Source: Candidatus Iainarchaeum sp. (GTDB lineage: Archaea > Iainarchaeota > Iainarchaeia > Iainarchaeales > UBA10219). Taken from it: a stretch of DNA of 64,000 bases. Within the stretch, counting starts at the first letter, position 1; each line of letters opens with the position of its first letter. The translations under genes were made by a program, and so were the position numbers. Positions 47,551 through 57,830 of the stretch are shown here, piece by piece. Under the pieces are notes generated by a model that worked only from the letters and a program-made list of their open reading frames with translations, was not told where the DNA came from and searched no databases. The stretch spans positions 254,121-318,120 of the forward strand of contig JAGVWE010000004.1 of the NCBI GenBank assembly GCA_018304425.1, written 5' to 3'.

Positions 47551-48371
47551 TGCAACGACAGCGAGCGCAGCGAGCGCAGCGAGCGGAGCGAGGGCAGCGG
47601 GGGCAGGCCGCCATCACGGACGCCTTGTTCTTCCTGGTCATCATCACCGGGCTTTCCTCGTTCCTCTACTTCGTGGCCAACGGCTACGGCAACTCCGTGG
47701 CCGCCCAGCTCTCCAGGCAGTTCAGCATGGACTACTCGACCGCGGCGCTCAAGACCATCCTCTACAGCAGCACGCCCCGCAACCCCAACCAAAACCTCTA
47801 CGACCCCAACGCGGAAATCGACCACCTCCTGGCCTTCGTCAAGGAAGACTACGCGGATGACGCGCAAATCGATTTGATCACCCAAAAAGTCCTCTACGAG
47901 AACGTGCGCGACATCCTGGCCCCCATCGCGGACTCCTATGACTACGTCTTTTACCTCGCGAAATCCAATGTCTCCAGCCTGGACAGCCCCTACCTATACG
48001 TCTTGATGCACTTCAGCAAGACGACTGCGGTGGCCACGGGCCGCACCAGCAAATTCACGCCCGGACAACCGCCCCACGAAGACCTGATTTGCAACGTGCC
48101 CTTGCAGGCCACCGGCGAGCCCCCCCTGAAGGCGGACATGATTTCAAGGCTCATCAACACGGTGGGCGACAGCGCGCAAAGCCAGGGCAACCTCATCCTC
48201 ATGGAACAGGCGCCCGGCGAAGACCCCATCCAGGTCTCGGCGTTCGCGGAACTCATCCTATGGCAGGCCACCATGCTGGACCCCGAGGTCTTCAACTACG
48301 TGGACTGGGGCTGCAAGCCCGTGGACGACCTGTTCTCCAGCCTGGCCACTGGCTCGACCGGGGCACCCTAA
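47550..48371 (+). CDS. Pilin-like protein (class III signal peptide with repeated leader)
   Basis: ATG at 47550 (TGATG overlap) MQRQRAQRAQRAERGQRG|QAAITDALFFLVIITGLSSFLYF. Confidence 0.8.
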   Translation: MQRQRAQRAQRAERGQRGQAAITDALFFLVIITGLSSFLYFVANGYGNSVAAQLSRQFSMDYSTAALKTILYSSTPRNPNQNLYDPNAEIDHLLAFVKEDYADDAQIDLITQKVLYENVRDILAPIADSYDYVFYLAKSNVSSLDSPYLYVLMHFSKTTAVATGRTSKFTPGQPPHEDLICNVPLQATGEPPLKADMISRLINTVGDSAQSQGNLILMEQAPGEDPIQVSAFAELILWQATMLDPEVFNYVDWGCKPVDDLFSSLATGSTGAP

Positions 48372-49348
48372 CCCTTTCCGGCCTTCGCCTTCACCTTGAA
48401 CTGGGCCCTGCACTTGGGGCAGGTCCACTTGACCTGGTCCAGCAACTTCACGCGCTCGGGCGCGCATTGCTCGCACAGGCCGCTGCCACAATTCGGGCAA
48501 TAAGCGATGTCCTTGGCCTGGCGCCGGCAATGCGGGCACGGCTGCGTCAACAACTCTTCTCCGCCGAGGCTCTCCAAGTCCTCCCCTTCCTCCCCGCCCA
48601 AGTCTTCTTCGCCGGCCAATTCATCCAGGCTTCCTTCGCCTTCTTCGCCGCCAAGCTCTTCCCCGCTCAAGTCCTCTTCGTCCAGGTCATCCACTGATTC
48701 AGCCGCTGCCTTGCCCTTCTTTTTCTTCTTGCCCGTGGACAACAAGTCGCCCACATCCAGGCCCGCCAGTTCCCCGGGTGATTCCGCGGCCGGCTGCGCT
48801 CCCCCCGATTGCGGGCCCACGGCCTGCGCGGTCCCCGGCTGTTTTTCTCTTTCCGCGAGCCGCTGCTGCCGACGCGTCAACCGCTGCGAGCCCGCAGGCG
48901 AGCCCGCAGGCGAGCCCACCGGCAAGCCAGGTGGCAAGCCCTCCGATGGAGCCGGTCCACCCGCCACCGGTTGCCCGGTCAACGGCGGCTTGCCCTCGCG
49001 TTCAAGCCTTCTCCGCTCGTGGTACGTCATGCCCTCGGCGGTCTGACCCGTTGCAGGCGTTGCCACCTGCTGGTCTTTTTTTCCGCCCTTCCTGGGCTTT
49101 GGCTCTGCCTCGGGCTCCATCTGCTCAAACAGTTCCTCGACTTCTTCTTCGAGCTCGGGTTTCACGGCCGGCTTTTTTTTGCCGAACCCGGAGCCAAACA
49201 AGGATTCAAGGAAGCCCGGCTTTTTCCCCGCTGCTGCCGGCGCAGCCCCTGCGGCAGGCGCGGCCGTGGAAGCCGGTGCTTCGGCCACCGGCTGCCCGCC
49301 CATCTTGCGTCGCAGCCTCCGCGGAATTTCTTCAGTCACCCAAACCAC
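48368..49348 (-). CDS. Low-complexity protein with acidic tract and C-terminal double zinc ribbon
   Basis: CPHC..CPNC..CEQC..CPKC at the C-terminus; Ala/Pro/Gly-rich and Glu/Asp-rich segments; start uncertain. Confidence 0.75.
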   Translation of the reverse strand: MVWVTEEIPRRLRRKMGGQPVAEAPASTAAPAAGAAPAAAGKKPGFLESLFGSGFGKKKPAVKPELEEEVEELFEQMEPEAEPKPRKGGKKDQQVATPATGQTAEGMTYHERRRLEREGKPPLTGQPVAGGPAPSEGLPPGLPVGSPAGSPAGSQRLTRRQQRLAEREKQPGTAQAVGPQSGGAQPAAESPGELAGLDVGDLLSTGKKKKKGKAAAESVDDLDEEDLSGEELGGEEGEGSLDELAGEEDLGGEEGEDLESLGGEELLTQPCPHCRRQAKDIAYCPNCGSGLCEQCAPERVKLLDQVKWTCPKCRAQFKVKAKAGKG

Positions 49349-49446
49349 ACACCATTAACGCTTTCCCGCAATTAAAGGTTTTGCCTTCCGGCCTCCCCCC
49401 CACGGCCTCAATACCTATATATATTAGTTTCACCGTACATGATTTC

Positions 49447-49986
49447 ATGGCCCTGGAACTGGTTCCCCTGGTCGTAAACACGGTTTTCGACCTGTTGAGG
49501 CTGAGTGCCCTCACGGTTTTGCCTGCCTTTGTTTTGGCCCTGCTCACCAACGCCTTGCGCAAGCGGTTGGCCGCGGGCTTCCAGTGGACCTGGCTCAAGT
49601 CAGCCTTGGTTGCCCTCTTCCTCGTGGCCTTTGCTTTAATCAACCTCGTGTACTGGCCGGACTGGTTGTCCACCCTGGGCAAGGCCACCTATGGAGAGAT
49701 TCCCCCCGAGTTCAGGCCCACGCTCCCTGAAACGGTTTTCGGCTATGTCATGGTGGAGGCCCGGCTCTTGTTTGTGGCCCTGGTCCTGGCCTTGCTGGCC
49801 CTGCCCCTGGCCTTCACGGCCTTGTACTGGAAGGAGCACTGCCAACGGAAGTGGGGTCTGCGGGGCTGGCTGTCCACCCTGGCCGGGCTTTATTGCACGC
49901 TGTTCCTGGCCTGGGCCGTGGTCTTGCTGGTGTTCCCCTGGAGCATTACGGGAATCCTTTACCTGGTGTACTTTGGCTTGGGCTAG
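49447..49986 (+). CDS. Integral membrane protein (~4 TM), 179 aa
   Basis: ATG at 49447 after a TATATAT box; hydrophobic segments. Confidence 0.8.
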   Translation: MALELVPLVVNTVFDLLRLSALTVLPAFVLALLTNALRKRLAAGFQWTWLKSALVALFLVAFALINLVYWPDWLSTLGKATYGEIPPEFRPTLPETVFGYVMVEARLLFVALVLALLALPLAFTALYWKEHCQRKWGLRGWLSTLAGLYCTLFLAWAVVLLVFPWSITGILYLVYFGLG

Positions 49987-50066
49987 GCGTATTTTGGCTA
50001 GGCGTAGGATTAAATAACCGGAATCAACGCAGTAATAGTAAGGGGTTTGCAAATAATATAAGGGGT

Positions 50067-53000
50067 ATGGGAATGCAGTCCGGCAAAAAACACGTTCAAG
50101 CCCTGTTCCTGGCTTGCCTGTTACTCAACACTGTTTTCGCGCCCCTCGCGTTCGCCGACCGTTCGGCGCCTTCCGCCGCGTCTCCCCCCGGAACCACGGT
50201 GCCTTCCTCTCCCCTGGCGAGGGCCGGCAACCTCGAACTCTTCTTCCAGGCCGCGCCTCCAGCCAAGGCCGCTGCGGTTCCTACTACTTCGCCGCAGCCT
50301 TCTGCTTCCGGAGCCACCACGCCACCGGGAGCCACCACCCAGTTTGCCTGCAAAACCGATTCCCTCTCGGCTCAGGAAACCCAGGCCATCCAGGAACTCC
50401 TACGCGAGGGAGTGGTCGGCAGCGAACTCTCCGCAGGAACCCCCAAGGACAAGGACCGCGACAAGCTCGACGCCAACCAATTGATTGTCACCAACCCCAG
50501 CCAGGACGAGAACGTGGCCGTGGCCGTGAAAATCCCCACCCAAAAAGTCGAGCCCATGGCCGTCGGCTTTCTCTTGAACCGCACCATTGCCGGGCCCTTC
50601 GCCTTTGGCTTGAGCCTCCAGGACAGCGTGCGCACGGCCCGCTGCGAGAGCCTGACCGGCAACTGCGCGGTGAACGCGGTCAACCTCCAGTACCGCAACT
50701 CGGGCGCGGGGGTCGTGGCCGACTTCAAGAACGTGGCCAACGACTTCCAGGAATTCATGGACGGCAACCGGCACTTCCGCAACCTGACCGCCGAAGAAGA
50801 CGACACGCTGCGCGGCTACATGAGCCTCGAAGACCGCAACGAGTTCCAGTACAAGGGCGGAGAGCGAAAGGAAATGGCCTTGATTCCCAACAGCATCCTG
50901 GCCGAGGACTTCGACGCCCGCATGCAGACCAATTGCATGAACTCCAAGTGCGTGATAAACACCTATTCCTTGTTCGACAAGTACTTCAACAGCTGGTATT
51001 CCGCGCAACTGGTCGTTGGAACGGCCGCGCCCACCCTGGTCGCGGAGTCCAGGCGTCTATGGGCCGTCGGCCAGACGAGGGGCTATCTGCCCAAGTTCGA
51101 GGACTTCCCCTTCATGCAAGCCATCCGCAAGTCCAGGCTCTTCCAGCCCTCTTCGTGGCTGACCCTGACCCGCATGAAGGCGGCCACCAAGCGCATCCAG
51201 GACGCGGGCTACTTCGAGTCCCTTGTCCAGCCCATGACCAGCTGGGACCCGGTCAATCCCGCCATGGGCCGTTACCTGTCCAAGTCCGAGGTCTCCTACA
51301 ACTGGTGGGGCAAGCTATGGGCCAAGGACGGGCTCCTCACCAAGGTCACGAGCGTCGAGGACCAGCGCGCCATCGTGAACTACATGAACGAGGCGCGGAA
51401 GTTCTCCAAGTCCATGAAGCTCCTCGAAGACGAGGCCGAGGATTCCATGCAGCAAGCCATCAAGCAATTCGGCAATGGCAGCCCCGAGCACAAGGCGGCC
51501 CTCGTCGAGTACGGCCGCGTGGCTTCGAGCAACGCCTTGGAGTACGACGATGTGCTGGGCTATGACTGGCCCGACGAGTGGAGCCATAACAACCCCAACT
51601 TCAGCTGGCGCGACTTCGCAATGAAGGACGCCTTGACGGGAAAATACAGGCCGTTCCTCCAAGAGCACCGGTATTACAGGGAAGTCATGCGCAAGTTCCG
51701 GAACGACGGGCACTGGGCGAACTGGAATGAGGCGCTCACGGATGGCTCGCGGATGGAGACCAGGGGAAGGAACCTCCTCATCTACGAGCCAAAGCCCACC
51801 GGCAAGGAGGTTGGGTACGTGGACGTGGCCAGCCTCCACAACGAGATACAGAAATACGAGACTGGGGAGTTCACGGTCCGGTTAAACGATGGAACGTTCA
51901 TCCAACTCGACCACACCACCCTGCCCCTCATCCAGGAAAAGGCTTCCGGCCAGGTTCCCTATTACCGCATGGGCTGGGCGGAAGCCCAGGAGATTACCCC
52001 GGAAATGTTCGCCGCCGACCTCACGGGCACGCGTGCCAGGTACTTCCGGGCAGACCGGGCGGCCCGGAACTCCGAGGAATGGTATAGGGATTTGCTGACC
52101 AAGGGATACGGCGGCCGCCGCTACACCAGCATTTTAAGCAAGGCCCTGCAAGAAGAAGAGGACCTGCTCAAGACCTATTTCACGTTGAAGGGCGGCTTCA
52201 AGTGGACCGCGATTCCCTTTGCCTACAACTGGGCCAAGCGCGGCCTCGGCTCGGAGGACTTCTCCGTGTACATGCTTCCCGATGAGTGGAAGGACCTCCT
52301 GATTTATACCAAGGATGCGGCCATCTACAAGGACGCCTACATCGACTTCTTCGCCAACGAGGGCAGCGACCAGGGAGACATCTTCAACCAGGTCCTGCAA
52401 AAGCTGCCCTGGAAGTTCGTGTACGACGAGGTCTCCCAGAAGTTCAATCCCTTGAAGGACCTCTACAACGCGATTACCAGGCAGGAACTGCGCAGCGAAA
52501 CCGAGAACCTCGCCTTTTTCCTGCACACCCAGGAGAACTGCCCGGGCTGCCTGGTCAGCATCAACCCCGGCAACCGGGAAGCGCCGCCCGAGCAATGGGA
52601 GTTCTCGCCCTACTTTTACCTCAACGAGCGCGCGAACTCGTATTTCCTGGAAGACCTGCAGACCCAGCGCGCGCGCGAGAAAGGCCAGACCCTGATTGCG
52701 TTCGCGCACCACACCAACCTCAAGGGAAAAACCGGGGACATCGACGGGGGCACCATTGACCTGGTCAAGGCCAAGAAGGACGAAACGACCTGCAGCCAGG
52801 TCATTTCCAAGAACTTCTTCGGCTTGGGCAAGGACTCCCTGTTCGGGGAGAGCCGCATCGGCCTCGCCTTGGGCACCATGGAGACCCTGTCCTATTTCAC
52901 GTTCTTCTGGGCCGGGGTCTTCGTTTCCGCCGTCCAGCAAATCGTCTTGGCCCCCATACTGCAGGACTGCGTGGACGACGAGGAAGGCTACTACATCCAC

Positions 53001-54698
53001 TACTTTGCCCCCACCGCGTCCGAGAAAAAGAAGGACGCCGCCAGCGAAAACGAGTTGTCCACCGAGAAAGTGGCCCACAAAATCGATGAATTCAAGGACA
53101 AGTACCTGGACGCCTTGAAGAGCGACACCAATTCCTTCACCCGCGAGGCCTTTGACGAGATAGGCGACCAGGTCAGCGACTTCGTCGAGAAGGGCCTGAA
53201 GTACGACATCCTGCAGGCCACCCTGGCCCTGAAGACCGAGGCCCAGGGCCAGCTCCACGGCTCCAAGCTGTTCTCCTTCTGGTGTGGCAAGGGCTGCGAA
53301 ATCCTGCCCAGCGAGTACATCATGGACGGGAAGAAGATCGTGAAGGATGATAAGACGGGTGCCGCCCTGGAATTCGACTTCGAGAAAGGCAAGCTGTCGT
53401 ACACGGACAAGGACGGGAAGACCAGAGACCTGGTCACCAGCGAGGACCACGTGCGGCTCGAGGAAACCAACACGAAAATCCCGGCCGAGGAAATCCCGCA
53501 AACCATCACCAAGGTCACGGTGCCGGACAACAACAAGCTCCTCTTGGAAGTCAACGTGGACGGCATGGCCTACGTAAAACTCGACAACGTCTTGGACTGC
53601 ATCCAGAAGGGCGTGGAAGAACAGACCGGGCTCGGCCTGAGCTCCAACAACCTCTACGACGCCTTCGGCCGCGTGCAACTGGTGGTAAGCGACTCGCACC
53701 CGGTCATCAAGCCCGTCAAGGACAGCAGGGAGCCGCGCATCATCGCCGAGGGCACCCCGCGGAAAATCGCGGAAGGCGCGGACGCCAGGCTCGAGGTCTA
53801 CACCCCGGTCCCGGGCTCGAAGCTCTTGCCCGTCAAGCTGCCCCAGTCCTCGGATGGGCTGCCCAGCCTTGGAAACCTCAAGTCCATCCAGTTCGAGAAC
53901 GGTTCGATTACCTATAAGACCACGACGGGAGAACTGCTGGTCTACCTCAAGCACCACAAGCAGGCCGTGCTCGAGCAAAACGACGTGGCCGGCTTGAAAG
54001 CCAAGCTCGAAACCACGCAGAACCCGGAGACCGGCTGCGAGGAACCCGCAGTCCAGTTCGAGGTGCAGGGCAACCCGGACTCGGATAGGGCCATGGCCGC
54101 GGCCGCGAACTTCAACAAGTCCCTGGACAAGCTGGGGCCCTTCCAGGTCTTCGAAACCGAGGAACACCGTTACATCCTTTACGCGGACAAGGACTGCAAG
54201 CAGCACCTGAAAGTCATCGACAAGAAGACCGGCAAGGCCCAGGACTTCGTCGGCAAAGCCATCCAGACCCCGGATGGACTGAAGTTCGTGACCGACGATG
54301 GAAAAGAGCACACCCTCAAGTTCAGCGAAAAGGACGGCGTGCCTCAAATCCAGTTCGACAAGGAAAAGCCGGAAACCCTCAAAGCCGCGCAGGGCCGCAA
54401 TGGCGCCTTCTACTATGACCCCGAGACCGGCTTATGGTACGCGGAAAACGGCCAATTGATTCCCTTGTTGGAGGCCTTCAAGCAGAACGGCATCAACGTC
54501 CAGGGCCGGGACGATGGCTCGGCGACCGCGAAAGCCGAGGGCAATGTCTTGAACGTCAGCCTCGGCGACAAGGGAACAGGCGGAAGCCTCTTGAACCTGC
54601 CCTCGCTCCCCGAAGAGCCGCTGGCCCTGGCCTTGTTCGTGCTGGGCCTCTTAGCCGTTTTCGTGTGCGTGCGCGGGACGCGCGTCAACCGGGCCTGA
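50067..54698 (+). CDS. Large secreted protein (~1543 aa) with C-terminal LPSLPE-TM-basic anchor
   Basis: Signal peptide KKHVQALFLACLLLNTVFAPLAFA; C-terminus NLPSLPEEPLALALFVLGLLAVFVCVRGTRVNRA. Confidence 0.88.
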   Translation: MGMQSGKKHVQALFLACLLLNTVFAPLAFADRSAPSAASPPGTTVPSSPLARAGNLELFFQAAPPAKAAAVPTTSPQPSASGATTPPGATTQFACKTDSLSAQETQAIQELLREGVVGSELSAGTPKDKDRDKLDANQLIVTNPSQDENVAVAVKIPTQKVEPMAVGFLLNRTIAGPFAFGLSLQDSVRTARCESLTGNCAVNAVNLQYRNSGAGVVADFKNVANDFQEFMDGNRHFRNLTAEEDDTLRGYMSLEDRNEFQYKGGERKEMALIPNSILAEDFDARMQTNCMNSKCVINTYSLFDKYFNSWYSAQLVVGTAAPTLVAESRRLWAVGQTRGYLPKFEDFPFMQAIRKSRLFQPSSWLTLTRMKAATKRIQDAGYFESLVQPMTSWDPVNPAMGRYLSKSEVSYNWWGKLWAKDGLLTKVTSVEDQRAIVNYMNEARKFSKSMKLLEDEAEDSMQQAIKQFGNGSPEHKAALVEYGRVASSNALEYDDVLGYDWPDEWSHNNPNFSWRDFAMKDALTGKYRPFLQEHRYYREVMRKFRNDGHWANWNEALTDGSRMETRGRNLLIYEPKPTGKEVGYVDVASLHNEIQKYETGEFTVRLNDGTFIQLDHTTLPLIQEKASGQVPYYRMGWAEAQEITPEMFAADLTGTRARYFRADRAARNSEEWYRDLLTKGYGGRRYTSILSKALQEEEDLLKTYFTLKGGFKWTAIPFAYNWAKRGLGSEDFSVYMLPDEWKDLLIYTKDAAIYKDAYIDFFANEGSDQGDIFNQVLQKLPWKFVYDEVSQKFNPLKDLYNAITRQELRSETENLAFFLHTQENCPGCLVSINPGNREAPPEQWEFSPYFYLNERANSYFLEDLQTQRAREKGQTLIAFAHHTNLKGKTGDIDGGTIDLVKAKKDETTCSQVISKNFFGLGKDSLFGESRIGLALGTMETLSYFTFFWAGVFVSAVQQIVLAPILQDCVDDEEGYYIHYFAPTASEKKKDAASENELSTEKVAHKIDEFKDKYLDALKSDTNSFTREAFDEIGDQVSDFVEKGLKYDILQATLALKTEAQGQLHGSKLFSFWCGKGCEILPSEYIMDGKKIVKDDKTGAALEFDFEKGKLSYTDKDGKTRDLVTSEDHVRLEETNTKIPAEEIPQTITKVTVPDNNKLLLEVNVDGMAYVKLDNVLDCIQKGVEEQTGLGLSSNNLYDAFGRVQLVVSDSHPVIKPVKDSREPRIIAEGTPRKIAEGADARLEVYTPVPGSKLLPVKLPQSSDGLPSLGNLKSIQFENGSITYKTTTGELLVYLKHHKQAVLEQNDVAGLKAKLETTQNPETGCEEPAVQFEVQGNPDSDRAMAAAANFNKSLDKLGPFQVFETEEHRYILYADKDCKQHLKVIDKKTGKAQDFVGKAIQTPDGLKFVTDDGKEHTLKFSEKDGVPQIQFDKEKPETLKAAQGRNGAFYYDPETGLWYAENGQLIPLLEAFKQNGINVQGRDDGSATAKAEGNVLNVSLGDKGTGGSLLNLPSLPEEPLALALFVLGLLAVFVCVRGTRVNRA

Positions 54699-54706
54699 CG
54701 GCAAGC

Positions 54707-55651
54707 CTAGTGTTCGCTGCCCATGGCCACGTGGGCCATTCGCGGGTCTTGTTCCAGGATTCGGCGCTTGCGCTCCGCTATTTCCATCTTTCTTCTCGCC
54801 TGTTCGTCGGAGATGCCGAGATACCGCATCGCATCGGTGTCCTGGTAGGAGGGCGCAAGGTATCCCGGTGACCGCAATCCGAACTGTCCCTGCCATTTGC
54901 CGCCGAATGCTTCCTCCATGCTGAGGGGTGCCATCCCGGTCACCTTGTTTAGCCACCGGGACGGGAAGGTTAGGAGGTTGTAGAGCGGTTTGCCAATGAA
55001 GGGAACTGATTTGAGGTGGAGGCGGTCCAGGATTGTTTCTGGAAGCTTCAAAAGGGAGCGGACCCCGGTCAGGTACATGAACCGGTTCTTCCACGCGGTC
55101 AACCGCATGTTCCTCCGGACTTCCGGCGGAAGGTTCTGCATCTCTCCCGCCATGGCTTGCCGTTGGGCGCGCACGTTCAAGTCGTACACTCTTTTAATCA
55201 ATTCGGCCCTGCGCGGGTCGGTGGGGGACATGCGCCTGAGTTGCCTCCAGGCGGCTTCAAATTCCTTATTGGTTATTCCATACTGGTACGAGCCCCCGTA
55301 CGAGCCAGGCTCGTCCTGCAACATGAACTTGATGGGAGCCACCCGCTCCATCTCCCCGGTCACAGGATTTCTTCGTATCCCCATGGTAAGGTTCTTTCTG
55401 GCCTCGAATGCCTGGAGCGCGGCTGGTTGGTCAGCGGCGAGCCGGTCCAGTTCGTGGGCCAGCTTGTGTTCTTCTCTGGTGAGCTCCTTCCACTCGGAGG
55501 CGAGATGGATTTCTTCGGGCGTGTGCGGTTCCCAGTACTGGTGCGCGCCGTGCGCCCCGCTTGGCTGTCCGTGCGGTCGTGCTCTCCCTGTCCCGCGGGC
55601 GCGGACCGTGGCGCGGGCAGCCGGTGAAGGCCTGGTAGCAGTAGCAGTCAA
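54707..55651 (-). CDS. Hypothetical protein, 314 aa, Arg-rich
   Basis: Long ORF with a TTG start and TTTAAATA upstream; no family recognised. Confidence 0.7.
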   Translation of the reverse strand: MTATATRPSPAARATVRARGTGRARPHGQPSGAHGAHQYWEPHTPEEIHLASEWKELTREEHKLAHELDRLAADQPAALQAFEARKNLTMGIRRNPVTGEMERVAPIKFMLQDEPGSYGGSYQYGITNKEFEAAWRQLRRMSPTDPRRAELIKRVYDLNVRAQRQAMAGEMQNLPPEVRRNMRLTAWKNRFMYLTGVRSLLKLPETILDRLHLKSVPFIGKPLYNLLTFPSRWLNKVTGMAPLSMEEAFGGKWQGQFGLRSPGYLAPSYQDTDAMRYLGISDEQARRKMEIAERKRRILEQDPRMAHVAMGSEH

Positions 55652-55714
55652 GTGAATCCCTGATTAACTATGCGCGGTTCAGGTATTTAAAGGTAAGGGG
55701 AAACTGTGTTATTG

Positions 55715-56002
55715 TTATTGCCCGCCTTGCCGGGCCTTGCGCTGGTCCTCGAGGTACTTATACTCCCATGCCAGCCGTTTGTCCTCGATGGCCCGCAATT
55801 CCGAAGAGCTCGTCAGCCACATCCACAACTTGGCCCAAAAACCGATTTTGTGCGGGTTTTGCGGGTGGAACTGGCTTTCCCGCTCCCGGAGACCGCCACC
55901 AACCAGGCTGTGGCCCATTCTGGCACCGGTCTGCTTCCATCCCCGGGCGCGCTCGCGCACGAAGTCAATGGGCCGGCGCAAACGCCTGCCTAGTGCACTC
56001 AT
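55715..56002 (-). CDS. Hypothetical basic protein, 95 aa
   Basis: ATG start with TTAAATA upstream; fills the gap between neighbours. Confidence 0.6.
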   Translation of the reverse strand: MSALGRRLRRPIDFVRERARGWKQTGARMGHSLVGGGLRERESQFHPQNPHKIGFWAKLWMWLTSSSELRAIEDKRLAWEYKYLEDQRKARQGGQ

Positions 56003-56084
56003 CTGAATCCAAAAGAATTAAGGCCTTCCGACTATTTAAGGCTTGCTTTTTTGGGGGGCTTTTCGGGGGCGTTTGCCGGCCCGT

Positions 56085-56831
56085 TCAGGTAATCAGGGGG
56101 GGCTTGCCTTCGAACTTTTCGGAGGCGTCGTGGGCGTCCTTCATGCGCTCCATTTGCACGCGGAGTTCCTGCTCGGTTTCCTTGGCTTCCTTGAGCAGGG
56201 GGCTCACGTCGATGTCCAGGCCCAGGATTTCGTCGAGTTTCTTGACGAGTTCCGCGGAAGCCCGGTAGTCGGCCGCGATGTTGACGTTGCCCATGATGGA
56301 AAACGCTTCAATCTCCGAGTTCTTGAGTTGCAGTAAAATCATGGCGGTAACGCCCGTCGTAATCCCGTCCTCGATGATTTCCACGCCGTGTTGTTTGAGC
56401 AGCGCCTTGGTCTTGTCGCTGGTCGCAATGCCGTAAATGATGTTCTTCGCGTTCGCGTCGGGTTCCGTGTGGATGCCGGACAAGGAGATGATGCGCTTGA
56501 TGCCCTTCTTGCGCACCCAGTCGACGACGGCTTTCGCGATTTTCGTGGTGTAGGCCTTGGGAATGATTTGCTCGGAGATGAGGATGATGAGTTTCAGCTT
56601 GTCGTGGACGTAAATCCGCGAGGGGTTGACCGGCATGCCTTCGTGGATGCGGATGACGGGCACGAAGATGTCGGAGTCGAGGTAGCCGTGTTCCCGGAAC
56701 TTCAACCGCTCGATGAGGTACTTGGCCCCGATGGTGCCAATCAAGCCCATGCCGGGGAAGCCCTCGATGAGCGTGAAATCGCTGAAGTTCCGCGGCTCGG
56801 ATTCCACGAGGTCGATCCGGATATCGGGCAT
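56085..56831 (-). CDS. PAC2 family (proteasome assembly chaperone-like) protein
   Basis: LIEGFPGMGLIGTI, PSRIY, IISLSG, GITTGV and IDVSPLLKEA motifs; probable ATG at 56831. Confidence 0.9.
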   Translation of the reverse strand: MPDIRIDLVESEPRNFSDFTLIEGFPGMGLIGTIGAKYLIERLKFREHGYLDSDIFVPVIRIHEGMPVNPSRIYVHDKLKLIILISEQIIPKAYTTKIAKAVVDWVRKKGIKRIISLSGIHTEPDANAKNIIYGIATSDKTKALLKQHGVEIIEDGITTGVTAMILLQLKNSEIEAFSIMGNVNIAADYRASAELVKKLDEILGLDIDVSPLLKEAKETEQELRVQMERMKDAHDASEKFEGKPPLIT

Positions 56832-56878
56832 GCAGTCCAATAAAGCGCTGACTTGTTTTTAAGGGTTGCGGCAGGCCA

Positions 56879-57774
56879 GGCTCTGTTGAAAAAGTATTAT
56901 TAACCACCCCAGCCGTTATTGGGCTGGGGTGGGGAAACCAATGGTGGTGGTTTCCGTATGCGGGATGGGCGTATAGTTAGAAAAATCAAGCGTTTGTTGT
57001 GGTTGGCGCGGGTGCCGCGGTTTTTGCATCGTTTTGGGCCCAAGAAGTACGCGTTTTGGCGGCATGCGTTGGCGTTGTTGTTGAAGCAGGAACTCCGCTT
57101 ATCGTATAGGCGCGTGGCCGCGCTGTTGCGCGGCCTCGGTTTTAAAGTGCCAACGTATAGTGCGTTGGCGAAGATGTCAATGCGCTTGCCGTTGCGTTTG
57201 TGGCAGTGGTTGCTGCGTGTTGCCGCTGGACAACCCCTGTTCCGTGTGGGCGCCATGGACGGCACCTATTTCTCGTTGACGAACCCGTCCTACCATTACT
57301 TGCACCGAATCGATGGAAAGATGCCGCGCGTGCCCGTGCAAGCTACCGTGTTGGTTGACGCGCGTTCCAAGCGCGTCATGAGTTTACGAGTGCGCGTGCG
57401 GCCACGCCGCGACTTTGTAGACACAGAGTACTTGCTGCGGCACGCGTACCGGTTCCCTTGCGTCCTCGTGGCCGACGCGGACTATGACGTGGAACGCGTG
57501 TACGCGTTTGCCAAACACCACGGGCTGACCGCCATGGTTCCCCGACGCAAAGGCACTGTCAAAGGCATTAACCGCAAGTACATGCAACGCCAGTTCAACG
57601 AACGCGTGTACCACCAACGCTCCAACGTCGAAGCCGTGTTCTCCGCCATCAAACGCCGCAGCGGCAGCCACGTCCTCGCCCGCTCGGCCCGCAGCCAGCG
57701 GGCCGAACTCCACGCCCGCTACACCACCCACAACCTCAAACTAACCAAAAAAACACGAGATTTTCAACAGAGCC
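56879..57774 (+). mobile_element. IS5-family insertion sequence (IS903-like ends), 896 bp
   Basis: Perfect 14-bp TIRs GGCTCTGTTGAAAA (56879-92) and TTTTCAACAGAGCC (57761-74); 9-bp TSD GGCAGGCCA at 56870-78 and 57775-83. Confidence 0.95.
56958..57774 (+). CDS. DDE transposase (IS5 family); no stop inside the element
   Basis: MDGT, VADADYD and YHQRSNVEAVFSAIKR catalytic motifs. Confidence 0.92.
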
Positions 57775-57830
57775 GGCAGGCCAGCGGCCACGTAAACCTT
57801 AAATTAACTACTATATCAACTGATATAGGT

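Noticed and set aside
48885-48920. 12-bp tandem repeat GAGCCCGCAGGC
   Set aside because: In-frame low-complexity coding repeat (GSPA) with no further signal.
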